In this document: positions 10,721 through 23,169 of the stretch, one piece after another
Layout: each line of letters opens with the position of its first letter
Position numbering within the stretch: the first letter of the stretch is position 1
Source: Escherichia coli
GTDB taxonomy: Bacteria > Pseudomonadota > Gammaproteobacteria > Enterobacterales > Enterobacteriaceae
DNA length: 64,000 nucleotides
Assembly: GCF_048403405.1 (NCBI RefSeq)
Contig: NZ_CP183129.1
Direction: 5' to 3' (one strand)
Translations under genes and position numbers: made by a program
Notes under the pieces: model-generated
The model's database searches: none
What the model saw: the letters and a program-made list of their open reading frames with translations, nothing else
What the model was told of the DNA's origin: nothing

Positions 10721-11527
10721 TTAACCGGCAGCTGTTTCAGTTTGATTAAATTTGTCCGCAACCGGACGATTCGCTTTCGGCGTAGCATACCAATAACCCA
10801 ATCCCATGAATACGGCACCTGATAAAGTATTACCCAGCGTCACCCACAGCAGGTTATGACCAATACCCGCCAGCGTGTAGGCTTCGCTGTGGTTGCCAAA
10901 CCAGGAGAGGGCGAACAGCGTCATGTTAGCGATGGAGTGCTCGTAGCCGGACGCGATAAATGCCAGCAGACACCACCAGATAGCGATAAATTTCGCCGCC
11001 CCTTCAGTGCGCAGCGCCATCCAGATTGCCAGGCAAACCAGCCAGTTACACAATGCACCTTTGAAGAACAGTACCATTGCCGGTGCAGTGGTTTTTGCCA
11101 GCGCGACGGAGTGAACGATGCTGGTATCTACCGGCAGCAGGCTACCGCCACCCCAGCTATAGAGCATGGCGACAAAGACGGAACCGACCAGGTTACCCAG
11201 CCAGGTTTGCGGCAGGATTGCCCACATTTGCCCGTGGCTGATAGTGCCCGCTTTCACCCCAAAGGTGAGGAACATGGTGTGTCCGGTGAACAGTTCAGAA
11301 CCAGCAATAATGACCAACGTTAAGGCGATACCAAAGGTCGCGCCCATCACCAGAGGACGTACGGACGGGTCGAGCAAATTACCGAGCGTGAAAATCAGGA
11401 TGATCCCAAGACCCACATACGCGCCCGCCATGGCGGAGCTGACCCAGAAGCCGAGCGGGTTATTTGCCGACAGGCGTGCAATGCGCGCAGCGTTAGCCGC
11501 ACACTTATTAATAGTGTCTGTAAACAT
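10721..11527 (-). CDS. nirC: nitrite transporter
   Basis: 268 aa hydrophobic ORF, formate/nitrite transporter family. Confidence 0.95.
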   Translation of the reverse strand: MFTDTINKCAANAARIARLSANNPLGFWVSSAMAGAYVGLGIILIFTLGNLLDPSVRPLVMGATFGIALTLVIIAGSELFTGHTMFLTFGVKAGTISHGQMWAILPQTWLGNLVGSVFVAMLYSWGGGSLLPVDTSIVHSVALAKTTAPAMVLFFKGALCNWLVCLAIWMALRTEGAAKFIAIWWCLLAFIASGYEHSIANMTLFALSWFGNHSEAYTLAGIGHNLLWVTLGNTLSGAVFMGLGYWYATPKANRPVADKFNQTETAAG

Positions 11528-11652
11528 TTGATTATCCTTTAAAAAATAAAAACAAAAAATAAAACAAAAAGTTTAAAAAATGTCCTGCAATATACCGAAG
11601 GTTATTACAGGACCATGCAAAAAGGGGAGGCATTGCGCCTCCCGTTAAAACA

Positions 11653-11979
11653 TTAACCGCGTAGCTGCACCACGCCGTCTTTCACTCGCGCGTCGTAATG
11701 CTTGACGGAAAACTGTTCGTCTTCCATGCACAAGCCGTCGCTTAAGCGAAAACGCTGTTTTTTCAGCGGGCTGGCGACCCACAGCTCGCCCTGGTGTTCC
11801 GCAATCAGCCCGCGTGACAGCACGCTGGACTCGAAGAACGGATCGATGTTGCTGATCGCAAACACCTGGTCGCTGTGATACGGGCGGAAAATCGCTACCT
11901 GCTCGTCACCTAACAGCGCGCAGACGCCGGTTTCAGGCAGGATGTCATCGATTTTGCAGATGTCTTTCCACTGGCTCAT
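11653..11979 (-). CDS. nirD: nitrite reductase small subunit
   Basis: 108 aa ORF overlapping the nirB stop. Confidence 0.95.
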   Translation of the reverse strand: MSQWKDICKIDDILPETGVCALLGDEQVAIFRPYHSDQVFAISNIDPFFESSVLSRGLIAEHQGELWVASPLKKQRFRLSDGLCMEDEQFSVKHYDARVKDGVVQLRG

Positions 11980-14519
11980 GCGTTGTCCTCCACCAGAGTT
12001 ACCGGGATACGTTCATACGGCGTTGCCGGACGGTGCTGTTCGCGCTCTGGCACCATCTGCACGTTCGGGTCACGCTTGTCGCTGTTGATGAAGTGTTTGA
12101 AGCGAGTCTGCGCGGACGGTGTATTGACCGTTTCAGTCCACTCACACACTACCGCTTCACGCAGGCGCGCCATCTCTTCTTCCAGATGAGCGTTCAGCCC
12201 CAGTTTGTCGTCAATGATCACCGCTTTCAGGTAATCGATGCCGCCTTCAAGGTTTTCTAACCACGGCGCGGTACGCGTCAGTTTGTCGGCAGTACGGATG
12301 TAGAACATCATGAAGCGGTCGAGATATTTGATCAGCGTTTCGCGATCGATATCCGCCGCCAGCAGATCCGCATGACGCGGTTTCATGCCGCCGTTACCGC
12401 AAACATACAGGTTCCAGCCTTTTTCGGTGGCGATGATACCCACGTCTTTACCCTGGGCTTCTGAACATTCACGGGTACAGCCGGAGACACCGAACTTCAT
12501 TTTGTGCGGCGTACGGATGCCTTTGTAGCGGTTTTCCAGTTCCACGCCGAGGCCGACGCTGTCGCCAACGCCGTAGCGGCACCAGGTGCTACCCACGCAG
12601 GTTTTCGCCATACGCAGTGCTTTCGCATAGGCATGACCGGTTTCGAAGCCAGCTTCAATCAGCTGACGCCAGATCTCCGGCAGATCGTCTTTCTGTGCGC
12701 CAAACATCGCCAGGCGCTGGGAGCCGGTGATTTTGGTGTAGAGATTAAATTCACGCGCGATACGACCTACTGCCATCAGCCCTTCCGGGGTGATTTCACC
12801 GCCCGGAGAACGCGGGATCACCGAGTAGGTGCCGTCTTTCTGGATGTTAGCGAGGAAGTTATCGTTAGAATCCTGCAGCGGAGTATGTTCCGGTTTCAGA
12901 ATGTATTCGTTCCAGCAGGAGGCCAGCAGCGAACCGACGGTCGGTTTACAAACTTCACAACCGTAGCCTTTGCCGTGTTTCGCCAGCAGTTCTTCGAAGG
13001 TTTTAATGCCTTCAACGCGGATTAAATGGAACAGTTCCTGACGCGAATAAGCAAAGTGTTCGCACAGGTTGTTGTTAACTTCGATGCCCTGTTTCGCCAG
13101 TTCCGCGTTCAGTACCTGAGTGACCAGCGGGATACAGCCACCGCAGCCAGTACCCGCTTTGGTTTCAGCTTTCAGCGCCGCAACGGTGTGACAGCCTTTG
13201 TTGATAGCAGCAATCAGGTCGCCTTTGGTGACGTCGAAGCAGGAGCAGATTTGCGCGCTGTCCGGCAGTTTATCAACACCGATAGACGGCTTACCGCTAC
13301 CAGAGTGCGCCGGCAGAATCAGAGAATCCGGGTTTTCCGGCAGCTCGATAGCATTCAGCACCAGTTGCAGCAGGTTGCCGTAGTCGCTGGTATCGCCCAC
13401 CAGTACCGCACCGAGCAGGGTTTTGTTGTCTTCGCTGACAATAAGGCGTTTGTAGATCTCTTTGCTTTCGTCGAGGTAAACGTAGCTACGTGCGCCAGGT
13501 GTGCGACCGTGCGCATCACCAATACCGCCTACGTCTACGCCCAGCAGTTTCAGCTTGGCGCTAAGGTCAGCACCTTCAAAGGCGTTTTCGCTACCGAGAA
13601 TATGGTCAACGGCGACCTGCGCCATTTTGTAGCCTGGTGCTACCAGACCAAATACACGGTTGTTCCAGCTTGCGCATTCACCGATGGCGTAGATATCCGG
13701 ATCGGAAGTCTGGCAGGAATCATTAATGACAATACCCCCACGCGGAGCAACGTCCAGACCACACTGGGTTGCCAGCTTATCGCGCGGACGGATACCGGTA
13801 GAGAAGACGATAAAGTCGACTTCCAGTTCGCTGCCGTCGGCAAAACGCATGGTTTTACGCGCTTCAACACCTTCCTGCACAATCTCAAGGGTGTTTTTGC
13901 TGGTGTGAACGCGCACGCCCATACTTTCGATTTTGCGACGCAGCTGCTCGCCGCCCATCTGATCAAGCTGTTCCGCCATCAGCATAGGGGCAAATTCGAT
14001 AACGTGGGTTTCAATACCTAAGTTTTTCAGCGCGCCAGCGGCTTCCAGACCTAACAGGCCGCCACCAACAACGGCACCGCGTTTGCTGCGACGGGCACAG
14101 GATTCAATGGCGTTGAGGTCTTCAATGGTGCGATAGACAAAGCAGTCCTGAGTATCAGAACCTTTGATTGGCGGGATCCACGGGTAGGAACCGGTCGCCA
14201 TGATCAGCTTGTCATAAAAAACGGTGCGCCCGGCGCTGGAGTGAATCACCTTCTCCTGACGGTTGATGGTGATAGCGCGTTCGCCGACCAGAACTTTGAT
14301 GCCGTGTTTCTCGTAGAAGCCTTCGCGCACCAGCGACAGCTCTTCGGCGGTGTGGTGAGAGAAGTAAGACGAGAGGTGTACGCGGTCATAAGCGATGCGC
14401 GGTTCTTCACAGAAAACGGTAATATCAAAGTTGGCCGCATCAGATTTATCAAGAAGATCTTCGATAAAGCGATGGCCGACCATACCGTTACCGATAATTG
14501 CGAGTCTGACTTTGCTCAT
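11976..14519 (-). CDS. nirB: NADH-dependent nitrite reductase large subunit
   Basis: 847 aa ORF; N-terminal FAD/NAD Rossmann GxGxxG. Confidence 0.95.
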   Translation of the reverse strand: MSKVRLAIIGNGMVGHRFIEDLLDKSDAANFDITVFCEEPRIAYDRVHLSSYFSHHTAEELSLVREGFYEKHGIKVLVGERAITINRQEKVIHSSAGRTVFYDKLIMATGSYPWIPPIKGSDTQDCFVYRTIEDLNAIESCARRSKRGAVVGGGLLGLEAAGALKNLGIETHVIEFAPMLMAEQLDQMGGEQLRRKIESMGVRVHTSKNTLEIVQEGVEARKTMRFADGSELEVDFIVFSTGIRPRDKLATQCGLDVAPRGGIVINDSCQTSDPDIYAIGECASWNNRVFGLVAPGYKMAQVAVDHILGSENAFEGADLSAKLKLLGVDVGGIGDAHGRTPGARSYVYLDESKEIYKRLIVSEDNKTLLGAVLVGDTSDYGNLLQLVLNAIELPENPDSLILPAHSGSGKPSIGVDKLPDSAQICSCFDVTKGDLIAAINKGCHTVAALKAETKAGTGCGGCIPLVTQVLNAELAKQGIEVNNNLCEHFAYSRQELFHLIRVEGIKTFEELLAKHGKGYGCEVCKPTVGSLLASCWNEYILKPEHTPLQDSNDNFLANIQKDGTYSVIPRSPGGEITPEGLMAVGRIAREFNLYTKITGSQRLAMFGAQKDDLPEIWRQLIEAGFETGHAYAKALRMAKTCVGSTWCRYGVGDSVGLGVELENRYKGIRTPHKMKFGVSGCTRECSEAQGKDVGIIATEKGWNLYVCGNGGMKPRHADLLAADIDRETLIKYLDRFMMFYIRTADKLTRTAPWLENLEGGIDYLKAVIIDDKLGLNAHLEEEMARLREAVVCEWTETVNTPSAQTRFKHFINSDKRDPNVQMVPEREQHRPATPYERIPVTLVEDNA

Positions 14520-14577
14520 TTTTGCCTCGATTTCTTTTCTATTACCGCCTACCTTAACGATTCAGCAACCCCGCTTA

Positions 14578-14591
14578 TTGATGTAAATCAA
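14578..14591 (-). promoter_or_regulatory. FNR binding site of the nirB promoter
   Basis: Perfect TTGAT-N4-ATCAA palindrome about 65 nt upstream of nirB ATG. Confidence 0.7.
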
Positions 14592-14604
14592 ATTCACCTT
14601 TATA

Positions 14605-14620
14605 TACTCCTTAAGGGGTA
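14605..14620 (-). promoter_or_regulatory. NarL/NarP 7-2-7 heptamer pair
   Basis: TACTCCT-TA-AGGGGTA inverted heptamers just upstream of the FNR site. Confidence 0.5.
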
Positions 14621-14740
14621 TATTGCTGATTTGTATAAATTTTCTTAAGTCACGGAATTGTCTGACATTTCATGTTTGTGCAAAAAATAGACAAAATGAA
14701 CGGGTTTATAGAAATAGATGCACGTAGCGGGGTAAGAGAG

Positions 14741-14772
14741 GAAAAGGCCGGACGACGATAGTGTCGTCCGGC
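14741..14772 (-). terminator. hairpin after tsgA
   Basis: Inverted repeat gccggacgac/gtcgtccggc immediately 3' of tsgA stop. Confidence 0.5.
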
Positions 14773-14780
14773 ATGAACAA

Positions 14781-15962
14781 TTAATGAGAGGTCAGGGTGT
14801 TATGCTGACGGTGACGGCTGACGAAACCTAACAGGAAGCACATCACAAAGACGACAGCGTACAGACCGTTTGCTGTAAGCAGTGCCGCCTGCGGACCGCT
14901 ATGTTCAACAATCGGGCCGGTAACCACAAAGGTCAACATAGTACCGATGGTCCCGCAGGTCAGGACAAAGTTAACCAGTTTTGGCGATGGTACTTTGGTC
15001 TGCTGTGAACCCAAAGTGATGATGGTGGTATAGATTGCGCTGGAGAAGAAGCCCAGGGCGAGAATTGACCACGCCATATGTGCCGGTGTTCCGGTGTTAA
15101 AGACGTACATCAGAATCGCAGCCAGACCAGCCAGTACGGTCAGGATACGTTGCAAATCGAAGAAGCGAAGAATAAAGCTGAACGCCCACATGCCGACCAT
15201 ATATGACATCCAGAAGTTACTCACCAGCGTGCCCGCGTCGTTCAGGCTCATGCCCAGGCCTTTGGCATACTCCGGCACCCAGGAGATAAAACCTAACTGA
15301 CCGAGGATGTAGCACAGTGCCGCAATGGAGAGAAACAGCACGCCGATCCCCCACTTTTCTTTCTCTACCGGAGCATCCGTTTTTGGCGCATGTTTGCCCA
15401 GCGCCGGGAACTCACAGCCGAAGGTCAGAATAAAAATAGCGACATACACCAACCCGATGCAGGCATAAACCCAGTACCACTCAATGCTGCGCGCCAGTAG
15501 AAACGCGGCGATCATTGGGAAAATCATCCCAGCCATACTGAAGAAGGAGTCGGTAAATAACAGGCGGGAACCGCGCTGACGCCCTTCATACATTTGTGTT
15601 ATCAGGAATGTACCAATCGACATGGTGATGCCGCTGACCACCCCGAGAATGAACATCGCCGCCGAGAACAGCGCCAGGCTGTGGCTGAACATCAAACCGG
15701 CAACCGCCAGCACCATCAGGAGAAAGCCAAAACGTAACTGCGTTTTCAACGGGACGATTTCCATCAGCCAGGCGTTGAGGAAGATAGAGATTAAAATGCC
15801 GGCGTTGAGGAAGGTGAAGGTGTTACTCATACTGGAAACAGGCAGATTGAAATAATCGGCGATATTTCCCATCACCATCCCGGTGACAATAACCAACGCA
15901 CCGGTCAGTGCGTAGGAGAGAAAGCTAATCCATGTGAGCTTAATGCGATTGCTGTTAGTCAT
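14781..15962 (-). CDS. tsgA: MFS family membrane protein
   Basis: 393 aa hydrophobic ORF. Confidence 0.9.
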   Translation of the reverse strand: MTNSNRIKLTWISFLSYALTGALVIVTGMVMGNIADYFNLPVSSMSNTFTFLNAGILISIFLNAWLMEIVPLKTQLRFGFLLMVLAVAGLMFSHSLALFSAAMFILGVVSGITMSIGTFLITQMYEGRQRGSRLLFTDSFFSMAGMIFPMIAAFLLARSIEWYWVYACIGLVYVAIFILTFGCEFPALGKHAPKTDAPVEKEKWGIGVLFLSIAALCYILGQLGFISWVPEYAKGLGMSLNDAGTLVSNFWMSYMVGMWAFSFILRFFDLQRILTVLAGLAAILMYVFNTGTPAHMAWSILALGFFSSAIYTTIITLGSQQTKVPSPKLVNFVLTCGTIGTMLTFVVTGPIVEHSGPQAALLTANGLYAVVFVMCFLLGFVSRHRQHNTLTSH

Positions 15963-16223
15963 GATTGGCCTGCGTTCAAAAATAAAATGGCATAGCGGGC
16001 TATGCCGCGAGCGGGCGATTTTAGGTGATTTTGTGATCTGATTAAGTGTTTTATTGCAATCGGTTGCTAAATTGCATTTTAAGAGGTGATTTTGATCACA
16101 GAATAAAAAGTGATCGTCAGGTTACATATATTTCAGATACGTAAAATTAGGTAAAGGGATGGCCTTGTTCTTGAAGGCTATTTAGAATCTCTTCACTTGC
16201 TTTTTTTCTGCTCTGTTTGTTAA

Positions 16224-16805
<582 letters not shown>

Positions 16806-16812
16806 TGATTTC

Positions 16813-16840
16813 TCGCGCGGGCAATCTTGCCCGCGCTTCT
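16813..16840 (+). terminator. hairpin after ppiA
   Basis: Inverted repeat gcgcgggcaa/ttgcccgcgc. Confidence 0.5.
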
Positions 16841-16909
16841 GCTCTCCCGGCGTAACCCGGATTTGCCGCTTATACTTGTGGCAAATGGACACGTTCAGGG
16901 AGGCATCAA

Positions 16910-17077
16910 GTGAAGAAACTCACCGATAAGCAAAAGTCCCGTCTCTGGGAGCTTCAGCGTAATCGTAATTTCCAGGCCAGTCGCCGTCTTGAAGGCGTCG
17001 AGATGCCTTTAGTCACTCTTACTGCCGCAGAGGCTTTAGCGCGCCTTGAAGAGCTGAGGAGGCACTATGAGCGATAA
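16910..17077 (+). CDS. yhfG: small protein upstream of fic, antitoxin-like
   Basis: 55 aa GTG-start ORF overlapping the fic start; contains SRRLEG matching the [ST]xxxE[GN] Fic-inhibitory motif. Confidence 0.7.
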   Translation: MKKLTDKQKSRLWELQRNRNFQASRRLEGVEMPLVTLTAAEALARLEELRRHYER

Positions 17078-17669
17078 ATTCGGCGAAGGGCGCGATCCGT
17101 ATCTTTATCCTGGCCTTGATATCATGCGTAACCGGCTGAACATCCGCCAGCAGCAGCGGCTGGAACAGGCCGCTTACGAAATGACGGCGCTGCGTGCTGC
17201 GACCATTGAGCTTGGTCCGCTGGTGCGCGGTTTACCGCATTTGCGCACTATCCATCGCCAGCTGTATCAGGATATTTTCGACTGGGCGGGGCAATTGCGT
17301 GAAGTTGATATTTATCAGGGCGATACGCCGTTCTGCCACTTTGCCTATATCGAAAAAGAGGGCAATGCCCTGATGCAGGATCTGGAGGAAGAAGGTTATC
17401 TGGTTGGCCTGGAGAAAGAGAAGTTCGTCGAGCGGCTGGCACATTACTATTGTGAAATCAACGTGCTGCATCCCTTCCGTGTGGGAAGCGGACTGGCACA
17501 GCGGATCTTCTTCGAGCAACTGGCGATTCATGCGGGCTACCAACTGAGCTGGCAGGGTATCGAAAAAGAGGCCTGGAATCAGGCAAATCAGAGTGGGGCA
17601 ATGGGGGATCTCACCGCACTGCAGATGATATTTAGCAAAGTGGTAAGCGAAGCCGGGGAATCTGAGTAA
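17067..17669 (+). CDS. fic: Fic family protein
   Basis: 200 aa; Fic motif region reads [12 protein letters not shown]. Confidence 0.9.
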   Translation: MSDKFGEGRDPYLYPGLDIMRNRLNIRQQQRLEQAAYEMTALRAATIELGPLVRGLPHLRTIHRQLYQDIFDWAGQLREVDIYQGDTPFCHFAYIEKEGNALMQDLEEEGYLVGLEKEKFVERLAHYYCEINVLHPFRVGSGLAQRIFFEQLAIHAGYQLSWQGIEKEAWNQANQSGAMGDLTALQMIFSKVVSEAGESE

Positions 17670-17700
17670 AATAGCGCGGTTCTTTCGTACCGGAGCCGCC

Positions 17701-18264
17701 ATGATCCTGCTTATAGATAACTACGATTCTTTTACCTGGAACCTCTACCAGTACTTTTGTGAACTGGGGGCGGATGTGCTGGTTAAGCGCAACGATGCGT
17801 TGACGCTGGCGGATATCGACGCCCTTAAACCACAAAAAATTGTCATCTCACCCGGACCCTGTACGCCAGATGAAGCCGGGATCTCGCTTGACGTTATTCG
17901 CCACTATGCCGGGCGCTTGCCGATTCTTGGCGTTTGCCTCGGTCATCAGGCAATGGCACAGGCATTTGGCGGCAAAGTTGTGCGCGCAGCAAAGGTCATG
18001 CACGGCAAAACCTCGCCGATTACACATAGCGGTGAGGGCGTATTTCGGGGGCTGGCAAATCCACTTACCGTGACACGCTACCATTCGCTGGTGGTGGAAC
18101 CTGACTCATTACCAGCGTGCTTTGAAGTGACGGCCTGGAGCGAAACCCGCGAGATTATGGGGATTCGCCATCGCCAGTGGGATCTGGAAGGTGTGCAGTT
18201 CCACCCGGAAAGTATTCTCAGCGAACAAGGACATCAACTGCTGGCTAATTTCCTGCATCGCTGA
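17701..18264 (+). CDS. pabA: aminodeoxychorismate synthase glutamine amidotransferase subunit
   Basis: 187 aa class I glutamine amidotransferase. Confidence 0.95.
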   Translation: MILLIDNYDSFTWNLYQYFCELGADVLVKRNDALTLADIDALKPQKIVISPGPCTPDEAGISLDVIRHYAGRLPILGVCLGHQAMAQAFGGKVVRAAKVMHGKTSPITHSGEGVFRGLANPLTVTRYHSLVVEPDSLPACFEVTAWSETREIMGIRHRQWDLEGVQFHPESILSEQGHQLLANFLHR

Positions 18265-18334
18265 TTTCTGATTGCTATTAAGTGATTTTTTATGCATATT
18301 TTGTGATTATAATTTCACATTGGTTTATGCGTAA

Positions 18335-19573
<1,239 letters not shown>

Positions 19574-19630
19574 GACGCATCAGGCCAAAGATGTCGGATG
19601 CGGCGTGAACGCTGTATCCGATGGTTTAGC
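19574..19630. repeat. REP-like extragenic palindromic element
   Basis: gtcggatgcggcgtgaacgctgtatccg resembles the REP consensus; sits between convergent argD and yhfK. Confidence 0.4.
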
Positions 19631-19635
19631 CTGCA

Positions 19636-21726
19636 TTACGCCTTCGAATCCCGCAACTTGCGACTCAGCCAAATCCCGTGATGCGGTCGCTGACGCCATG
19701 CCATCGACGAAATGGTGTGCATGGTGTTCAGATGACCAATAACCCGCTGTAAATGCTGTTCCAGCGTACCTGCCGCGCCTTCGTGCGGCTGCATCTCCGG
19801 CGCATCCATGATATTGGCATCGCCAGAACTACCCGGTTCGTCATACTCTAGTCGCTGCTGACAACGCTGAATGGCGATTTCACAAGACTGTAAATACTCT
19901 TGTGCCAGTTCAGGTGGCAATGCCCGGTGTTCCCGCGCCAGCGTGGTCATGGCATTAATATGCTCAACAATAAACTGGCTGTGCGTTACCCACAGTTTCA
20001 TATCTGCCAGATAATGGCTGTTAAACGCCGGTTCCTGCATCGCCTGATTCAATGAGTTATACAGAGTGTTATGCGCTTGATTCACCCGCATTCGCTGCCA
20101 GGCCAGTGGCGTAGGTTGCGGATCCTCGCTCAGAATCAAGCGAATCGCTTCCTGATAGGCTTCTAAAGCGTCATGGGCGTTCTTACGCAATAACCCGCTC
20201 TGCCACTGCGGCCACAGCCAGACAGTACCGCCGAAAGCAATTAAACAACCAATAATGGTATCGATAAGACGTGGAAGGATGTACTGCTCACCGTTCAACC
20301 ACAATAGTTGCAGGGTATACACTGCGGTAATGGTAAAACCGACCGTCGCCCAGCCGTAGTTTTTGCGCAATATCAGGTAGCTGGCGAGGGTGGTAATCAG
20401 CATCAGGGTCAGGGTGTAACCTTCGGGAATTTTAAAGTGCAGGGCAACGCCCGCAATGATTAACCCGACCACGGTTCCCACGGAGCGATTCACAATCCTC
20501 AGACGGGTTGCGCCATAGCCATTTTGCGTCACCAGCAATACCGTCATCAGGATCCAGTACGACTTCGGCAGATGCAGTGCGGTGCCCATCAGGCTGGCAA
20601 CGCTTAACATCACACTGAGTCGTCCGGCATTGCGTAGCGCTGGAGACTTTAGTGACAGATAACTTTTCAGCGCCGGAAGTAACGGCATTCGCCGCTGTTT
20701 ATCGGCCAGTAAGTCACGGGCATAGAGCGGTTTTTGGGTGCGCAGCACGCGGGCGATGCGGCTGAAATGCCAGTAGCAGAATTGCCCAACCGGATTATCC
20801 GGATGCTGGCGGGCGATTTTTTCCAGTGCGCCAATTTGCTTCTCCATCGTAAAACGCGTCGGCAGGCGATGGTAAAGAATGTCATCAGCCAGCACGCGCA
20901 GGCGAGCGGCGACGGTTTGCGCATTCCAGCGGATAACTTCTTCCGCATGGCTACGCTCGACCAGTTTTTGCACCTCTTCCGGCTGATGCAAACTGACCGA
21001 AATATGTTCCTGTAAATCCAGCGCCTCCTGGAAAATACGCAGCATCCGCTTGTAATCGGTATTATTTTGCGCGGAAAGCATATGCATTTGCTGATAGCAC
21101 TGGGTAATTAGATCGACCGCTTTTTGCTGGCGCACCAGCAGCGGCGGCAGCGCTTTTTCAGGGTCGGTGTGCTGGGTAAGCAGGCTGTATTTGGCTTCAC
21201 AATAATCTGCCAGTTCGCGGTACAGCAGACTTAGTGACTCGCGCAGCGGTTGTTCGCGCCAGATCCAGAACCAAAACCAGTTAAACAATCCGTACCAGAG
21301 AGTGCCCAACGCATAGATGAGCAACGGTTCCCAGACCGGCATGTATCCTGCCAGACTGAGGGTAAAAATGGCGGCGAGCAGCGATGCGGGAAGCAATTTT
21401 GCGTGCAATGGCCCCAGCTCAGCAGTGACGCCAAGTACCAGCGTTAATCCGGTCAGCAAAAAGGGCAGAGGAACATCTTTTGCCAGTAGTAGCTGTGTCA
21501 GCAAGCTACAGGTGGCAAACAGCGACGCACCAATGATTAAGCGTTTGAAAAAACGTTTATGAGGCGTATCAAGGCCCGCAATATTGCAACAGGCAGGAAC
21601 GAGGGAGAAGAGCAGACCGAATCGTAATTCGCCAAGCATTAACCCAACGGCCACGGGCAAACATAGCACCAGCGTTTGTCGAAGTGCATAGTTGATATCG
21701 GGGTGATAAATCAGTCTGCGCCACAT
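19636..21726 (-). CDS. yhfK: inner membrane protein YhfK
   Basis: About 696 aa from MWRRL start; hydrophobic N-terminal half. Confidence 0.85.
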   Translation of the reverse strand: MWRRLIYHPDINYALRQTLVLCLPVAVGLMLGELRFGLLFSLVPACCNIAGLDTPHKRFFKRLIIGASLFATCSLLTQLLLAKDVPLPFLLTGLTLVLGVTAELGPLHAKLLPASLLAAIFTLSLAGYMPVWEPLLIYALGTLWYGLFNWFWFWIWREQPLRESLSLLYRELADYCEAKYSLLTQHTDPEKALPPLLVRQQKAVDLITQCYQQMHMLSAQNNTDYKRMLRIFQEALDLQEHISVSLHQPEEVQKLVERSHAEEVIRWNAQTVAARLRVLADDILYHRLPTRFTMEKQIGALEKIARQHPDNPVGQFCYWHFSRIARVLRTQKPLYARDLLADKQRRMPLLPALKSYLSLKSPALRNAGRLSVMLSVASLMGTALHLPKSYWILMTVLLVTQNGYGATRLRIVNRSVGTVVGLIIAGVALHFKIPEGYTLTLMLITTLASYLILRKNYGWATVGFTITAVYTLQLLWLNGEQYILPRLIDTIIGCLIAFGGTVWLWPQWQSGLLRKNAHDALEAYQEAIRLILSEDPQPTPLAWQRMRVNQAHNTLYNSLNQAMQEPAFNSHYLADMKLWVTHSQFIVEHINAMTTLAREHRALPPELAQEYLQSCEIAIQRCQQRLEYDEPGSSGDANIMDAPEMQPHEGAAGTLEQHLQRVIGHLNTMHTISSMAWRQRPHHGIWLSRKLRDSKA

Positions 21727-21730
21727 CGGG

Positions 21731-21765
21731 GGAAACAAAATGGCGCGCTACCAGGTAACGCGCCA
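21731..21765 (-). terminator. terminator after crp
   Basis: Hairpin gcgcg-ttacctggta-gcgcg followed by a T-rich run on the minus strand. Confidence 0.6.
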
Positions 21766-21776
21766 CTCCGACGGGA

Positions 21777-22409
21777 TTAACGAGTGCCGTAAACGACGAT
21801 GGTTTTACCGTGTGCGGAGATCAGGTTCTGATCTTCCAGCATCTTCAGAATGCGTCCCACGGTTTCACGAGAACAGCCGACAATCTGACCGATTTCCTGA
21901 CGGGTAATTTTGATTTGCATACCGTCCGGGTGAGTCATAGCATCCGGTTGTTTTGCCAGGTTCAGCAGAGTCTGTGCAATGCGGCCCGTCACGTCGAGGA
22001 ACGCCAGGTTGCCCACTTTCTCTGAAGTGACTTGCAGGCGACGCGCCATCTGTGCAGACAGACGCATCAGAATGTCCGGGTTTACCTGAATCAATTGGCG
22101 AAATTTTTTGTACGAAATTTCAGCCACTTCACAGGCGGTTTTCGCACGTACCCATGCGCTACGTTCCTGGCCCTCTTCAAACAGGCCCAGTTCGCCAATA
22201 AAATCACCCTGATTCAGATAGGAGAGGATCATTTCTTTACCCTCTTCGTCTTTGATCAGCACTGCCACAGAGCCTTTAACGATGTAGTACAGCGTTTCCG
22301 CTTTTTCACCCTGGTGAATAAGCGTGCTCTTGGATGGGTACTTATGAATGTGGCAATGAGACAAGAACCATTCGAGAGTCGGGTCTGTTTGCGGTTTGCC
22401 AAGCACCAT
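21777..22409 (-). CDS. crp: cAMP receptor protein
   Basis: 210 aa, identical to E. coli CRP as recalled. Confidence 0.97.
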
Positions 22410-22710
22410 GCGCGGTTATCCTCTGTTATAAGCTTTCTCCAGAGCCAGATAACGCCGCTGTCTCTGGATTGCCGAAATATGCTTCCCGCTACCTGGGAAG
22501 GGGCTATCAACTGTACTGCACGGTAATGTGACGTCCTTTGCATACATGCAGTACATCAATGTATTACTGTAGCATCCTGACTGTTTTAGCATAGCTTTCG
22601 CTTTGTGTCTCCTGGTGTCTCGCTTCAGCATGACCCAGGTCGCCTTCCGTTGCGCGATTTGGTTAGTACGCGTACTCTGTCAGGAAAATTGACGCAGTGG
22701 AGTAGCAAAA
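22410..22710. promoter_or_regulatory. crp / yhfA divergent promoter region
   Basis: 300 bp divergent intergenic region; individual sites not resolved. Confidence 0.45.
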
Positions 22711-23115
22711 ATGCAAGCGCGAGTGAAGTGGGTCGAAGGGTTAACTTTTCTGGGCGAATCCGCCTCTGGTCTCCAGATTTTAATGGACGGCAACTCAGGC
22801 GATAAAGCACCAAGTCCGATGGAAATGGTGTTGATGGCGGCGGGGGGTTGCAGTGCCATCGATGTGGTTTCTATTCTGCAAAAAGGGCGTCAGGATGTGG
22901 TCGATTGTGAAGTAAAATTGACCTCTGAACGCCGCGAAGAGGCACCACGCCTGTTTACGCACATTAATCTGCATTTTATCGTCACCGGTCGCGACCTGAA
23001 AGACGCAGCGGTTGCGCGTGCGGTTGATCTCTCTGCCGAGAAATATTGTTCAGTAGCGTTGATGCTGGAAAAAGCGGTGAATATTACTCACTCGTATGAA
23101 GTGGTTGCCGCGTGA
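22711..23115 (+). CDS. yhfA: OsmC-family protein YhfA
   Basis: 134 aa ORF. Confidence 0.85.
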   Translation: MQARVKWVEGLTFLGESASGLQILMDGNSGDKAPSPMEMVLMAAGGCSAIDVVSILQKGRQDVVDCEVKLTSERREEAPRLFTHINLHFIVTGRDLKDAAVARAVDLSAEKYCSVALMLEKAVNITHSYEVVAA

Positions 23116-23169
23116 TTTAACTATCCCGTTGTGAAGCCGGATAGTATTTTATCCGGCGTAATAGCAGAG

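Noticed and set aside
13026-14021. 331-aa and 173-aa plus-strand ORFs inside nirB
   Set aside because: Antisense to nirB, which is intact at 847 aa; the translations are Phe/Val/Ala-rich with no motifs.
22410-22710. Small ORFs (62-95 aa) in the crp-yhfA intergenic region
   Set aside because: They overlap the divergent crp/yhfA promoter region and each other, with no RBS or coding signal; more likely regulatory DNA than genes.
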